DNA of 64,000 bases from Raillietiella orientalis (taxonomy: Eukaryota). The stretch is taken from positions 1,240,001-1,304,000 of the forward strand of contig JAYWIR010000014.1 of the NCBI GenBank assembly GCA_036172245.1, given 5' to 3'. Each line of letters opens with the position of its first letter. The stretch's first letter is position 1. Shown in pieces: positions 11,700-26,000 of the stretch. A model generated the notes under the pieces. The model had not been told where the DNA came from and did no database searches. It saw nothing but the letters and a program-made list of their open reading frames with translations. A program made the position numbers and the translations under genes.

Positions 11700-14600
11700 T
11701 CTGCCCATCCTGTGTGCTTTCATGACCTTCGGTGGTGTACATCGCTATGATGATTTCTTCTCAATTTTCCGTCAAATCATTTCACGCATTATAGAGTCTT
11801 TGCGAGCGACTACGGAACCGGTTAAGCGTCCGAGGATCGCTTCCATGATCATCGTCGGCACATTTGAGTTACACTTTGAGACACGAAGAGAAAAGATAAG
11901 AAACGAAGACATCTACTGCTCCGGAGCAAGCTTGCCCAAATGTCCAAATGGGGTTCAGCAGCATAACAGAACATCTGCTTCCCGGTTTCAAGAGCAATTT
12001 TTGTTGTAAGATGTGTGAGGAGAGTTGTACGAAAGTCCTCTTATCGCGTCTCATCGCTCCATGATCTGAGATCCTGAGAGTTAAAGTGAACTTCTGAATA
12101 GGTCGTAAGGGAACCACCATGAACAAGGAGAGGATGGTCTATCAAAGCATCTGATGAAAGCGAATTTTTTTTTGCCTTGCACAAACGGAAATAAAAGAAG
12201 AAAAGCAGCACATGAAGTGTTCTTATAGGTCTCCAAATGCTGCTGGAACTACGAAATGAGAGCGAGCAGCATTCTCAAGATTGAAAGCTCCTCCCAAACA
12301 TTTCAAGAGGTGCGTTTTTAAGCCGGCATACACCACATCAGCTTTACAAGTCATGTGCGAGAAGATCAGGAAAAAATCAGCGTTCATCTAAACGCTTTGA
12401 AAAACTAAATGCAAGACAGAGAGAGGGGCAGGAGGGGATGTTGAATGTCTGCAACGAGACTCCGAAGGTAACACCTGATAAGAAACAAAGACGCGCGAAA
12501 ATTCTAATGTTACCCTCCCTTTAACCTTTCCTCCCTCAAACACACATACACACACACGCACGCTGGGTTCGCAAAGTGTGCTTTTCGAAATACAGATGAA
12601 GTTTCAAAAGGAAGATCAAGGGATGGATTTTTCTTTATTCTTTTGGCTCTCTTAGGCGACTTGAAGGACCAGTCCAAATGCTCAGCACTTATTCTCGATC
12701 CGTTTCAGATCGCTGCAAGAGCACTAACACCATCAACATCTAATTATAACTTTTGGAAAAATGAATGATGTGAATTCCTTACAAACTTGATGACGCACTA
12801 CTGCGGTCGTCCAACATCCGAAGGTTTTCAGCTATCACTTTGGATCGATGATGTTCGTCTCTGGAGCCAAGACACGAAGACAGCATTTTACGAGCTGGCC
12901 CTTATTTGCCGAAAGGAAAACTCGCGCTCCGAAGTTTTAACTGAGATTCCCATCTCAAATCACGAGTTGTGGTTCAGTCGATGACTGTGATTCAGGAACT
13001 GTCATCCACTGACGAGACTTTGACTGCAACGAGAATCATTGACGAAAACCTATTGGGATGGCTGTTTCTTGGAATCAGTTTCCTGTCCAAGAAGGAGGAT
13101 TCTTCCGAAAAAAAAATAGTTTGGGTAGTGACAGAGAAGTCCAAAAATTCAAGAGGCTTTGTGATGTTTAGGAGTTATCAACATCAAGATCTAACTAAAG
13201 CAGGAAAAAGAATCGCTCACTGCTTTCCTCTTCTACAAGAATGGTGAAGCGAACCCATGAGCATTTGGTTGATTTCAGGGATGGAAAAAGAAGAAAGATA
13301 TCTTGAATTTTCAAAAGACTGATGATATAGGGAGCTTAAAAAGACGCTCATCTCAATGAGCAGACAGGAACCCGCACAGGTACCTCGTTGTTTCATGTGA
13401 GCATTGAGAAGAAGAGAGAAAACTTTACAATCACATTGGGGTCTCCTGTCTTTGTTTATTCAGAAAAGAACATTAGACTGCTTCCCGAGTATGCTTCTTT
13501 CTGGTGGTCAGAGGCAGCAGCCCAAAACGTCTTTCCGCCAACTCTTCACCTTCGTGCTAACGGAGGCCGTCTAGATGGTGCTTGAGTTCCGAGGGAATGG
13601 AGGTTCTTCCGCTTCCGGACACCGAGGCTCATAATTCTCAAAAGAGGCACCCCGGACGAGAAAAATTTAAAGAGCGATAGAGAAAAGAAAACCAGCCATT
13701 TTTTTTGCTTTTGTTTACTCGATTTTTTTTTATTTCGTCTTTCCTCTTTGTAATCGAAAAGAGAGAGGGACAACACGGGTGCAACGGGAGAGTCCTTACA
13801 GATTTATAGGCATCCATCAAGAAGAGCCCGATACGTCAAAGTAGGTTTCCACTTTCAGGAAATCGTTTCCAGCGGCGCGCGCATCCCACGGAAATTCCTC
13901 TTCATCCATCAAGAAAAAGCTGAATGAAGTTCCAAGTGGACGACACTTCCGGGAAAAGCGTCCGTCCGAATTTCGTCCTGGGGACTCATTTGCAACTGAA
14001 AAACACTCGTCGCTCCTGGCTGTCGCACAGACTGTGGATTGCGTGAAGGGAACGTGTAGATCTGGAAAACGCGCGTGGTGCCACACTCGCTCGCTCCGCC
14101 GCGACCTGCGGGAACCCACAGTCCATCCTCCCACCATGGAACACCGTGAGGAGGACGTTCCAGAATCCGTGGTCGTTCCCCCAGCGTAAAGCGTTGTCCC
14201 AGCGGTCCCAAGATGCTAGAAACCTCCCAACGTGCAGGGAACTGCGAGGACTGTTGAGACTCCCAGCAAGTTTGCATCATGACCCAAAGAGTCAGAGGGA
14301 AAGGAGGAGGGGAACCGTTTCTGCTGTTCTTCTGCTGTGAAGCTGATCAGCTCTGGCGAAGGGCAGAGCCCCGAGGAGCTTTCTCCAACTCTTTTCTCCT
14401 GCTCGCTCTCCCCACCTTGCTTGGGAGAATCCCCATCGAGTGAGGAAACCACAATGAGAAAGTCTTCTTGATCCAAATTTCATGGGAATGAGGGGGAGAA
14501 GAGAGAGCAAGGAAATTTTCCGGACGCATAAGAACCCTCAACATCCCAGAAGCTCTCACGAGAAGATCCTCTCTTTTTCGATTTGGCATGCATGGACTTT

Positions 14601-16440
14601 TGAAAGGGGGATGGTCGAATTCCAAGCGGCAGGATGAAGGAGCAAATGATGGTGGGTGGCGCTCCTCCGGTGGGAAGCCGACGGAGTGGGCTTCCGGAGA
14701 TGTCGACTCCCCTACCATTGCACGCTCTTACACGACTCAGCAACTGCCCTTCTTTCCCTGAGAGCTGAATTGCCTCACGAACGGTGACCATTCGGTTTCC
14801 ATACTGCTCCTGTAGAAGCGGTAGACCGGGTGAAGAGCAACTCCAATGCTCCGAGTGACGGGACAGCCGTACTCCAGCGACGGGCTTACGAGACAGCGTG
14901 AGAGAAGAGGAGGAGGCAGTATGACGACCTTTATGAAACATAAATCAAGGAACATCTCGTTACCTAGGAAGATAACAGACAGCATCCAAGGAACATCCGG
15001 AGGATGGGATAGCCATAATCCCGCACGGATGTGAGGAGTCAACAAGGATCTCTGCTTCCCATCCAATCAACCTCATAAAGATTAATTATCGGTTATCCTA
15101 ATCGGTTATCTCAGTTCCAGAGCTGACGTCGGCTCAGACAGAAAACGACGGATCGTGAAAGATAGTTCACCTGCCGGCGGATGCTGCTCCTGCCACCACT
15201 GCCGCTGCAACAGTTCCTGCGCTGCAGACGCATGCTGGTGCTCCTCTCCATCTGCTACAGATGCGGAGCTGGGCTCGGGGAAGATCACCCGGCATTTTCT
15301 AGAACTCTAATTAGATTAGCACGCGAAATTCGGACATTCTTCTTCCCTCGGAGAGGTATCGAATGCTATCCATCTATCCCGCATCCTACGACAGATGAAC
15401 AGATGTTCCGCATGCAGCGCAGCATATGTTTGAGCCGACATGTCACGGAGATTATTTATTCCTTGCGAGTATGGATCTTTTACACACACGCGAGTAATGG
15501 CTCGGGTCATCTGCAATCATCGGCCGGCGGCTAATGAAATAATTGGTCAGATTAGAGTGCCATATGGTAATGGGGTGTGTGCGCTTCATCAATAATTGTA
15601 TCCCTCATTTTCTTCAACAAGGAAGCGAGGCTGATCGGAGGCGCGCATGACCGTGTTTCGGGCACCGCGACTCTTGATTTAATTAGAGGTGCATCAGTGG
15701 TGTCTTCACTGTAAACTCCAGGAGAGAAAGATAAACAAAAAGACTAATGAGAGGCCCGGAAAGCCATCGGAAAAAAAAAAAAAAACGAAAAATAAAAAGG
15801 AGACACGGAACCCCGGGAAGGGGGACTCTCCAGCCGGGAAACACGGCGAGGTGACGCGACGAACAAATGGATCCGAAAAAAGAAAAGGAAAGAAAGCATC
15901 GCTCTTTCTGGAGGAGACGCACGTCGATTGTCCTCGACATCTGCGGGGCAGCGCTGCCTGCTTTTTGACGACAACGAAATCTGAAAGACCACTTCGAAGA
16001 AATTCCTTCCGATGCGGAAAAGGAAAAGAGCAGCGTATCTTCCAGGGGAAGGTTGCACATGCGGTGGAATTCTGAAACGATGAGTGAAGTGTTCCAGAGA
16101 GGCTGGAAGGATAATCTGGAGTCGCATCTCTCTCCAAAGGATGCTCCTTTGTTTCTCCATCATTCTGAAATGCCGAATAATAAAAAAAAAAAAAGAGCAT
16201 CCATTTTTTTTCTCTTCTCTTGGAGCAGTTGCTCTCCTTCCCGGGTCTGGAAGCCCGTCTTCGTAGGAGGTCCCAACATGGCATTGTTGCTTCCTTTTTG
16301 TTCTTCGCCTCCGACTTGCGCTAAAGATGGATTCGAAATCCAGGACCTTGAAAACAAGAGAAGGAAAAACACCCGACCGCGGCGCACGCGTGCCGCGGTC
16401 AGGTGTTCTTGCGCACATGCTAACGAGTTGAGAATCCTCT
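11700..16440 (+). mobile_element. Degenerate Ty3/Gypsy element F (PR?-RT-RNaseH-integrase, possible chromodomain)
   Basis: RT: GDLKD...TPSTSNYNF (~12655-12755), WIDDVRLWS at 12841 (YxDD), FLGISFLSKK..EKKI (~13065). RNaseH: LGSPVFVYSEK (13436), TPDEKNLKSD (~13650). Integrase: HGTP*GG..PKM..CEDC (14135-14254, HHCC), ACMDF (14586-14600), HLP..APLHLL (~15170-15255), FE..GDYLFL, WLGSSAII (15498, GPY/F). FEIQDLENKRR (~16330) is weakly chromodomain-like, so the end beyond 15620 is uncertain. Confidence 0.72.
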
Positions 16441-17129
16441 GATGTGCCAGCGGAGAGGACACCTTTTTAGGTTGCCTTGCCTCGGCTGGACCCCAAGGCT
16501 GCCGTCTTCGGATGAACGATCCTCCACCTCATGCCTCGTGGATGAGCTCTCAGGAAACGGATGCTAAGAGATGTTTTTTTTCTCTCTCTCTCTCCGTGGT
16601 AAGCGCAAACCGGGAAGATGCACAGCTGTGCTGCCGCGCTTCGCGCGCTGAGGTCCCGCCTGGAAAGCAAGAATGCTCGGGAGAGAGACAGAACGTGCTC
16701 GCCTAGACGAGCTCTCTCGGGAACATCCCTATCCCCTCCTGCTGGTGACCCTCGGTCTGTTTTGAGACGAGGGATCTGTTTCTCTTCTCACCCCATCACC
16801 CGAATTCATTGTTGGCTCAGCTCTGGAGGGGCTGGATAATTGCACTCGCTGCTGCAGGTCATGGCCCATGGAGACGCACTCCTCGTTTTCGGTCTTTTAA
16901 TTTATTTATCATTTTCTGTGTGGAGCGCGCTCGCTGCCAGTCACTCCCACGTGCTTCCCCGTGTTTGCCGAATGAGGTCCATGGAGCACGCAATCCACTC
17001 CGAAAAATAATGGGTGAACTTCCGGTTCGGTTCCAGCTATCAGGGATCCGTCGTGCATGAATGACCGCTCGCCCTGGTACAGCTCGCAGGGTCCTGATAA
17101 GAGGAGGCACGCCGGGCACGGACCGTCAG

Positions 17130-17570
17130 GAACGCTTGTTGATGGGGGCACAAGCGAGTCGATCCTTGGCTAGAAACGCTCGCGCTCTGGTCTACCCCTC
17201 TGGTGGGGTAGCCCAGGGAGGAGCGACCACCGAGCTAATCACGGGGTCGAACGCATCATCTGCGATACGCGAGCCTCGAGTGTGCAGTCTGGGTGCCACG
17301 ACGCGTGGTTTCGTGCACGTCTTGTCACCACCACTGGAAACCTTGCAAGAGGCTGCCCGCAGTTGTTGAGCAGCAAGTGTGCCTCGGAGACGAAATCCGT
17401 TCCGCGTGCTCTGGAGTGTCCGTAGGACCTCACGAGGCCACACTTCTCCAGGCCATAAAATGCATGTTCTTTGATTGCAAAGCACGCGCCTCCAATTGGC
17501 ACTGCGCAGCGATGTCACGCGGTGATGCTTCACGAACAAAGTTTTCAAGGTTCCTCCGGGCAAGTGACCT
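17130..17570 (+). mobile_element. Retrotransposon aspartic-protease/linker fragment G
   Basis: TLVDGGTSESI at 17132 (cf. ALVDSGASxSI), followed ~350 nt later by APPIGTAQRCHAVML (cf. LPPxRxxxHxIxL, the PR-RT linker). Only two motifs. Confidence 0.4.
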
Positions 17571-18229
17571 GTGAAGCTCTTTTGAGAAGTCACCATCTAA
17601 TGATCAGATAGAGCCAAAAAATTTCCATTTGGTTCTCCAACACCCTGGTTGCATTTTTGGCTCCCTGCCTCCACACCCCTAAGGAGACCGACATGGTAGC
17701 TGTGGTAGTCTTGAAATCCGGGATGGATTACCCGAATGAGCCTATTTGGTGGCTCAGTGGGAAGATCATTTTAGCTTATGGTTAATTACTAGCGAAAAGG
17801 AACAAATGCTCCCTGCCCGTGTGGGTGACCAAACATATCTGATGTAAGTATTTTTCGAATGCTTTAATTTACGAAATTTTCAAAATTGCAATTTTTTTTT
17901 TTTTCTTTAAAAAGGACTTCTGAATGAACAAATGTTTTTGTTTTTGATTCGAGAACATCCTTCGAGGCGTATACCTTTGAATCTGCTAAGCAAAACGAAA
18001 CGTTCCTTTGAGCACATAAATCTGTCTAAACAACACAAATTGGTACTCGTAAGTGAATAGTAAACATCTCATGAAGATCATTCATCATTCGAGCCTTTCT
18101 ACCTCGTCTTCTCAGAACAAACTGATTCACTGGTCTAGCCTCAAAGAATTGAGCCCATCCGATTATTATTTTTTGGATTCCAATGCCCTTTTCTGGACAG
18201 TTTTCACCCATTAGCTGAAGCCTCCTAGC

Positions 18230-21200
18230 AGAGGCACCTACATCATTAGGAGTCCCGCTCCAAACAGTCGCACTTTCCATTTCGGAAGGCTTTCGTAGGA
18301 CACGCTCCTTAAACAAGCAAAGATCCCTCAGCAGCGCAGATTCCTATTATGGACAAAGATGCTGCTATTCGGGTTACAGTTCTGTCAGAGTGAATAAAGA
18401 ATCAGGACGAATGCAAACCCAGTGCGAGAAACGGTTGCAAAATTCGATCTGAAACTCGCGTGCTTCTGGTGACCTGCTGAGAAGTTGTTTGGTCGTCAAT
18501 TTACTCCGAGCTTCTATGGGGTACGAGCGGGGATTGCATCTCCCTTAAAAAGAGCTCTTTTTAAGAAAGATGCAGATTTTCTAAGAGGCAAGATTTTCTA
18601 TACAGATTTTCTTTCTCAGAGGGACAGAATTCTAACGGAAGATTCTTGTGGTCACGAGGTCCTGACTGCAGCTACGAAACGGAGACGTTCAGGTTCACCA
18701 TTCTGCCATCGAGGAAGTGGTAGGAAGTTGCTAGCTAGCTTGGTTACCAAGGCACAATTCCGAGGCTCTTGTGTTTTCAGCATCGACATGCATTCTCAAA
18801 AGCATATTTGTTTGTCTAGAAGGGGTGGAAGATTCTAGAGTGGGATAAAGCTGGTGGGGGGGAAAAAAAAATTGACTTTTTTTTTGTTTTTAATCATAAA
18901 TGCTCGGGATTTCCATGATTTCAAACGAAGGCTCTGGTGAATTTTCTGCGGACAGCCACTGTGGCGTCATGAAATAGGAGCACGTGGAGGTGAATTCTTT
19001 CAACTTGAATTCTTAAATAAGCAGAATTTCTGGGTGCCAACACCTGGTGCAAGCGGAAGAAATGCAGAATTCTACCCCACTCCAAGAACCTCTTGTGATC
19101 TGACCGCACAGAAAAACTAAAAACGTGGTTTCGTTTGGTTTTTGTAGTCAACGATCCACCGTATGATCTGCAAGCAGAATCATTCTGGTGAGAGAAGACA
19201 AGATGTAGTTTTCCAGGTTTGTAAAAGTCCAAGATGAGCTCATCTGGTGGGTGCTTTTGATTGGAAACCTGCTCTTCGGGTTGGGGTGTGTTAGCACTCT
19301 CAGAGTGCTCCCGAAAACATTTTCCGATTCTGACAGTCCGGTGACAAAAGCGGATCTCTTGACGCTTTGTGTGTTGTAAGGGGAGATGGCTCCGTTCCGC
19401 CGTAGGAAATCGTGTATACTCATCTTCATTTGCGATTCAGCAGTCTTCTTTGCTGCGTCTGACATTAGAAGGAAAAGCACTGACGTCGTTCCACGAAAAT
19501 TTCTAGCAGAGCAAGAAGATTGGGATCCACAAGTTCTAGATCAAGGGAAGCATTCAGAAAGGAGGAGGACGCTCATCCACGATAAAGGCAAGGCATGAAA
19601 GCAAACGAAGGGTGAGAGCACTGATAGGAAACTCGGATAGTTCACGTCACAGAAACTGAAACTTTTTGTGATGATAGGCAACGAATGATCGGGAACTACG
19701 CAAGAACTTTCGTTTCATCTAAGTAAGCATGTTGAACGGCGTTTGAGGAATCTACCTGAGAGGATACAAACGACGGAAAGAAAAATAAATTCTATTGAAA
19801 GAGAGGTCTCTGTTATGCGCTTTCCATTTTTCAAATGACGTGTCTTCGATCATGCGGCGAGGCACACATCCGCAGTAGCATAATACTATCTACCATGATG
19901 CACAGTTGGGAGCCGTACATTTTGGTACTTTCACGGAGGCAATCAGAAAAGCATGGAATTCCGGGAAACGTTGAGAACTCAAGTCTCACCCACACATCAA
20001 CGTTCGTTTTCAAAATAGACACTTCGCAATGCACTCGAATTTCCTTGGAGCTTTGAACACCATGAAGGCCAACTGGCATGACTGAAGAGAAGAATGAAAG
20101 GTCCTGCCATGACCGATCTTTCATCCTGCATGAGTCTTGCGCAATCTCATCAGAAATCAGCTTCTAAATACTCCATCACAACAAGAGAGGCAAATCTTAA
20201 GTCACTGTGTAGTAATTGATGCGGCACATCGGTTTTCAGAGTGAGCTACGACACAGTCACTGCAGCATCGGCATGTCTCGATAGCACGGTTCATTTGTGA
20301 AGACTGTGTGATCTTCGGCTGCCGATGACTTGAAAACCAAAAGGTACAACGAGGAGTGCACCTACTGGAGATCTTAGAGATTGAAGAGACTCGTCAATCT
20401 CTCAATCTCGTGTTTCTTGATACGCTAGCGTTGTTTTGAGAGATTCCAAAGCCGTGAAGTTTGCTAATGGAACTGATTTCGTTCCAGCATCCCGGCTGCA
20501 TGGAGGGATATTACGTGTCACCTGTGCAATCTCTCAGCAAATGTCCTGTTTTTTCCCAGACAGTAGTCCACGAAATAAGATTGAAGAGCTTTGTGCTTCT
20601 CCTCCTGATCAAAACGCGTTCCACCATGGATGAGTGGGAAGCTGCTGAAAATTTACAGTGATGTAAATTCAAAGCAAGCAAACTTTTCTAGATCACCCAA
20701 CTGAAGCAAAGTGCAGTGTAGTGAATAGGGGAAAGGAAGGATGGAATGTGATTGAACAGATTCGTAAGAGATCATGCGAATCTCTTACGGGGTCATTGTC
20801 GAGAACTTTTAGATCCTGTTGCCCAACATCCTATCAGACTCCCAGAAAGTGAGCCACTTTTTGGTCCAAGAACATAAAAAACTGACTATCCTCAAGCAGA
20901 AGATGCTCTCCATGGCACACGTTCACATCTACCTTTCCTATCTTTGCCTAAAGGAAACATTCAAAAACGGATGCTGGGGAATCAAGATGCATTTCTGACT
21001 CTTGAGCATCAATAAAAGAAATCTGGTGAAAGAAGGGTAAAAAGAAAGAGAAAATGATAAGGAACTTTTGGTATCTCTCTGGGATAGTTCAGAAATCCTT
21101 TGAATTCCCTAAGACATCCTGACCTTCCGACTTGGATCGCACCGCTATTGACTCTCAGAGCACCTTTCAAAAGTGCATCGGAGTCCTTGTTCTTGTCCCG

Positions 21201-22780
21201 ATGATGGCAAATCTTTCTCGTCGATTCCAGTAGTTTGGAAAAAAGAAAATGCATCCTTTTTTTGCCCATGACAGCAAAATTCAGCAAGGAAGCTGCTGAT
21301 GAGCTCAATGTGAAGAGCTCTCTGAGCTAGTTGGAAGGCCTACCAATGTTCTTCTTGGATGCCGTCAACGAAGAGAAGCAGTCGAGTGCAACGGCACTCC
21401 TGTTTTCCTCAACGAGCAACGGAACTTTTTCCACTGCGCCTCCACATTCTCCTGCCTTTTCGACTGCTCTTCTGCTTTGCGAAAGATCAGCATAGGAACC
21501 ACCAAGTCTTCCAAAGTCTTCCAGAGCCCTCGTTGGTGGCCTTGTGGCTACGGATTCTACTAGTGGAACCTTTCAAGTTGACCGTTGACCCACGCAGAGG
21601 ATGGACACCAAAAAAATGAGTAGTGCGCCGTAGATTTCGAATACTCTCCTCAGGAAGACACTGATTGGCCTACAGGCTTCGGGTGCGGCAATGATGAAAG
21701 CTGGAAACCGGACGCCATCGTTGGGAACTGGAAACTGACCCTCTGGGGTTCTTTCACGAATCAAAAAGCGGCTCTCTTCGGGGTTCCCTGCAGTTGTGAA
21801 AGTGGAGCCGCCCCTCCTCAGAGGGTACCCTCCATCGAGTACCATGGAGCTAGTTTATATCCCCCTCGAGGGGTTCTCTCTCCAAAGCGTAAGAAGAGCG
21901 CTGCTTTCTTCGGGGAGTGCCCCTTTAGAGAAATTTGGAAGTGCTTCTTGGGATTCTCTTGAGAGGATCCCCTCTTGAGAGGAGCGTTTCTCTTGCTGGT
22001 TTCATCTGGAAAAGGAATTCAGAAGCAGATCCTTTCCGGGTTTCCTCTGGAGAAGAAATGAGAAGTGGCTGCCTCTGGGGGGTCCTTCCAAAGAGAATAA
22101 GGAAGAGGTTCCCTTAGGAAACAACCAGGGAGAGGGTTAGAGGGTTTTCTTCGGGGTTCCCTAACAAGTGTAAGACGAACGGTCTCCTTCCTCGGGAGCC
22201 TTCCAGGATTCATGGGATGGTCTCTACGGAGTCAGCCCCTAACTGAAGAGTCACACGCACCCTCGGGTGGCGTGGTCAGTGTCAAAGAGCTTCGTGAGCC
22301 CTCCCTAAGGAGACGAGCGGTTCTTCAGTGCTTTGCAAACCAAAAAGAAGAATATGCGGAAAAAAAGAAGTTGGAGGAAAGAATCGAAAGCAGGGGAAGC
22401 CAAGAGGATTTCCATCATCCTGGGCCGATGGGAACGATTTCTCTATGAGGTCGCTACTGGTCTTTTAAAAAAAACTTTCAAAGTCAGCTCAAGGTGCTTC
22501 CTTTCTTCATGTCGTGTGAGAAGAGGTACATGTTCCATCGGACGTCTTTCCCTTCAACGTCCCAGCTGCAGCGTCTTCCTCTCGTCAGAACTGCAGCTCC
22601 CTGATTTCGGAAGAAGAAGATGATGAAAATCTTCCTATTGCAGTGATCGAAGAGGGGATAAGAGAAGAGAGCTCACAGAGAATGTGCGAACGTTGGCATC
22701 TCTGAATGGTGGGAAGACAAGGGCTGTCGGAATCATCCAACAGTTCTGCCGTTCCGAATTAGGGAAACTCTGGAAGAATC
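18230..22780 (-). mobile_element. Degenerate chromovirus-like element B (PR-RT-RNaseH-integrase-chromodomain?)
   Basis: ELLDDS (~22745) is protease-like. RT: MVLDGGY...FLIRERTPEGQF (21845-21735), STVNLKGSTSRIR, LREFKGFLNYPREIP (21113-21069, cf. LRSFLGLxNYYRRFIP). RNaseH: KFSAASHSS (~20650). Integrase: IHDF..NGAI..KRSAF (~19420-19350), LDF..VRSDH..SAYLRIQVERIH (19232-18990). YESLPKWK (~18297) is chromodomain-like. Confidence 0.72.
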
Positions 22781-23049
22781 CTCCAAAGCGTTTTCGTGGG
22801 ACTCCTGTAAAGGAAACAGGCGAGATACTGACGAAGACGCCTAATTTCTTAAAAAAAATAGAGAAATAGTAAGCAGTTGTGAGGCAGGTAGTCTCCGGAA
22901 TACTCAGAAATCCTTCGTTAAGAGGAATGTTTTCGTGCTGCTCTCCTCACCGACTCTGCTCGAGAAGTTTCTCATATCGCTCGCGAGAGGCGCTGTTTGC
23001 TGCTCCTAAAAGACTGACTCCAGGAGTTTTACTTCTTTGCTAAAGAGAG

Positions 23050-26000
23050 CAAACTCCAAAAGGTCATGCTGCTGCACGCGAAGCCAGATGGGGGAAAAAG
23101 ATTGGATGGGATTGGAGATGGTCATCGTAGAGGTCTCTGTGGATGGGAAGGATGTGCATTATCTCCAACGGAAAGAATGAGTTATTCCCTCTTTTCTCCC
23201 ATTATCTGTTCCGATTTGGCCATTTTTTCCCTTTCGCTTCAAGATGCAGAAAGGAAAGTTAAGAATCCGGTCGGAACTGCATGCGAAGATTCAGCTACAG
23301 AAGGAAGAAACTCAGCTTAGCAAGAGCGGAAGAACAATAGGAAGAAAAAAAAAATGTCCATTCTCTCGCAGCCTCACAAGCCTTGTCAGCTCTCACAGAC
23401 ACTTGGAACATGGAAAAACATTACAGACATGCAGTCTGCGATCTCCAGGTCATTCGACCATAGACTCGCAGGATTGCCAACGACCTGCTCTCGACTGACA
23501 CGACAGCTCAATTCCAATCTCTTTGGAAAACTGACGAAGAAGTTTTCCAAAGATCGTTTCCCACAGTTTTCGAATGTTCCAGTTCCCCTCTCTTTCTTTT
23601 CTTTCCTTCAGAGTTAGCAGGAAGAGGTAGGATGAAAGAGAGCAGAAGGAATCTCCAAAGAAGTGGTAGGGAAGTTAAGGTAGGACTCTGAAGAAGAACG
23701 GATAGGGAAACTCCATGAAGCGAAAGATCGTAACTCTTCCAATTGGTGCTCAATGATCATTTCTAGCCTGTGTTCGCAAGATTTCCCACCTTTTTATTAC
23801 CCTAAACTTCAGGTTCTCCTTCCCCTTTCGATCCTCTTACGCTAACGGCCTGAAGACACCAAAGAATACACTTCTACTTACAAACCAAATCGGTTCCAAA
23901 GAGTGATTTCAAGGCAAACATCATGCATCGGCATGTACGAAAGGAGCTCAAAAATTCTTGAGCGCTGCTGTAAAAGACTGAGATCCCTGCAAAAGCAGAA
24001 GGAACACAGAAGACGGCCACGAATGGCCCACCCGTAACTGCGACTACAGGAAGGTGGTTCAGGTGTTGCCTTCTACATTGGCTGGCTGCCACATTCGATC
24101 ATTAAGACAGTGGTAGAGCATCGAAGATCTAGAGGGCATGGACGCTATCGCTCCCCTGCCATCACGAGTACACTAAAAGAAGTCATCTAGAATCGGCGTT
24201 TAGTCATTGCTGGAGCTTTTGTTCCTTTCAGAGCGCGGGAGACCCTTTTCCCTTTTCTAGCACTATGACGATGCATTTTCTGGGAGAAGTAAGCTTCCAT
24301 TCCTGGACCACTGAGTGCTTGCGGAGGCGAAAAGGCAAGAGCTTCCACCATGACTATTCAAAAAGGCAGCTGCAATTTTTTTCTTTTGCTATAGATTCGC
24401 TCCCAAGAGATAAGACAGGGAGCGTGCAGTTGCTGGGTTACCTCGTCTAATTCAAGAATTTAGGGGTGCCTGGGAATGTGACATTTTTCTCATACTTGCC
24501 GTGAGTTCCAGCCGCCTCCAGAGAAAACGCCACTGCTCGCAGTGCGAGCTCCACATGCTGCTTTGGCTCTGCCTCTTGGTTGTTGCTTTTTTTTTGTTTT
24601 GTTTCGTTTTGTTTTCCCAACGATGAAAAGTTCTTCCAGCTTCCAGCAAATTTGCGCTCCTTGAATTTCAAGCAGACTTGGCAGAAAATTCAAGGCCGTG
24701 AGCCGGGAGTTTCCTTTCTGTCGAGTTTGCAGAAAAGTCCATCGCGTTATAGGTTCTCCTGGAACAATGGGATTCAGGATCCTTCTCAGTGATCGCGGCC
24801 GATGAGAAAGGGGTGATCTCGTGAGCCTCCACACATGATGCACGTCACGTCTTCAATGGATTCTGGAAGAGCACATTCGCAAGGGAATTATTCCCACTTC
24901 CCCCTCCATCTTCGAAAAAGCAATGAGCTTCAGTAGCTCATCAACCACTGCATTCAGATTCCTGCTTGCTTGACTCAATCCTCATCCTTAAGGTTACTCT
25001 GCGAAGCACACAGGAGCGCTTGACCACCTAGTCGAGATGCAGCAAACAAGTGGGTGACTAGGAAGCAATCGGGATTCATCATCTAAAAGCGGAAATCCTA
25101 TTCCGGGATGAATCCGATGCGCACGCTCTTTTGCCTCTTTCCTTCCCAGACGTGTGTTCAGGAGAACATCTGCGGTAACCTACGGCGTCCTTGCCACGTC
25201 GGAGGAGCAAAGCGATGCTCACCTGTTCTTGTCCGATCTCTCTCTCTGAGCAGGAAAAGGAGGAGCAACTGCGCGTCGTGGCTGGAGAGGCAGGACTCAC
25301 TGACTTGTCGGTGGCTTTTCACTCAGACGGAAGATCCGCTTCGTGGAGATCTTCGGCCTCCCGCAGATCCCGTCAGATGCTGAAAGCAGACGCCGGACGA
25401 GCCGCTCCTTCCTTTTCGGAATCTCTGCAAAGAGCTGCTGCTGTCTATCCTGTCCAGGTAAATTCCTTTGAGGTTGCTGCACGCTCGCTCGTCTGGGAGT
25501 AGATTCGGGAACGCGCGGGTGGTTCCGATCGAAAGACCGGCGGTGCCATGTGTGAATCCCTTCGCTAAGGAATCCTCCGTCTGGTAGCAAACGCATCTTC
25601 CTTTATTTTCGAAGGTCAGTGCTATGCTGCATGCATCGAGACCTCAGCTTTCTCATCTTGACTATCCCTTCCGCTGTACCTCGACCTTGCACCGCTCCAG
25701 GCCGCGGAAGTCGCAACAGAACAGCTCGAGACATGGCCCATTTGCACAAGGAGGGGAAGCAGGTCGTTTGTAGAATCCACTGCGTTGCTCTCTCAGGTTG
25801 ATGCAGAGAGAGGGAGTCTCACCTGTAAAATGGGGGCATGCATTGCCCAGGTCCTCTTCTCAGTTTCCAAGCGGACGATTCTGCCTACCATGCGAGAAGA
25901 AAAGGAACTTTTCCAGAGAAGATCGTGACGTTTTCTTTTCACTTACTGACTTTTTCTGGCTCGTGGGATCGGGATTGACACTTCTTCGAAGTGTCATTCT

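Noticed and set aside
17700..17830. Possible structured RNA or tRNA (gagcc..ggctc hairpin)
   Set aside because: No cloverleaf, T-loop or recognisable ncRNA motif.
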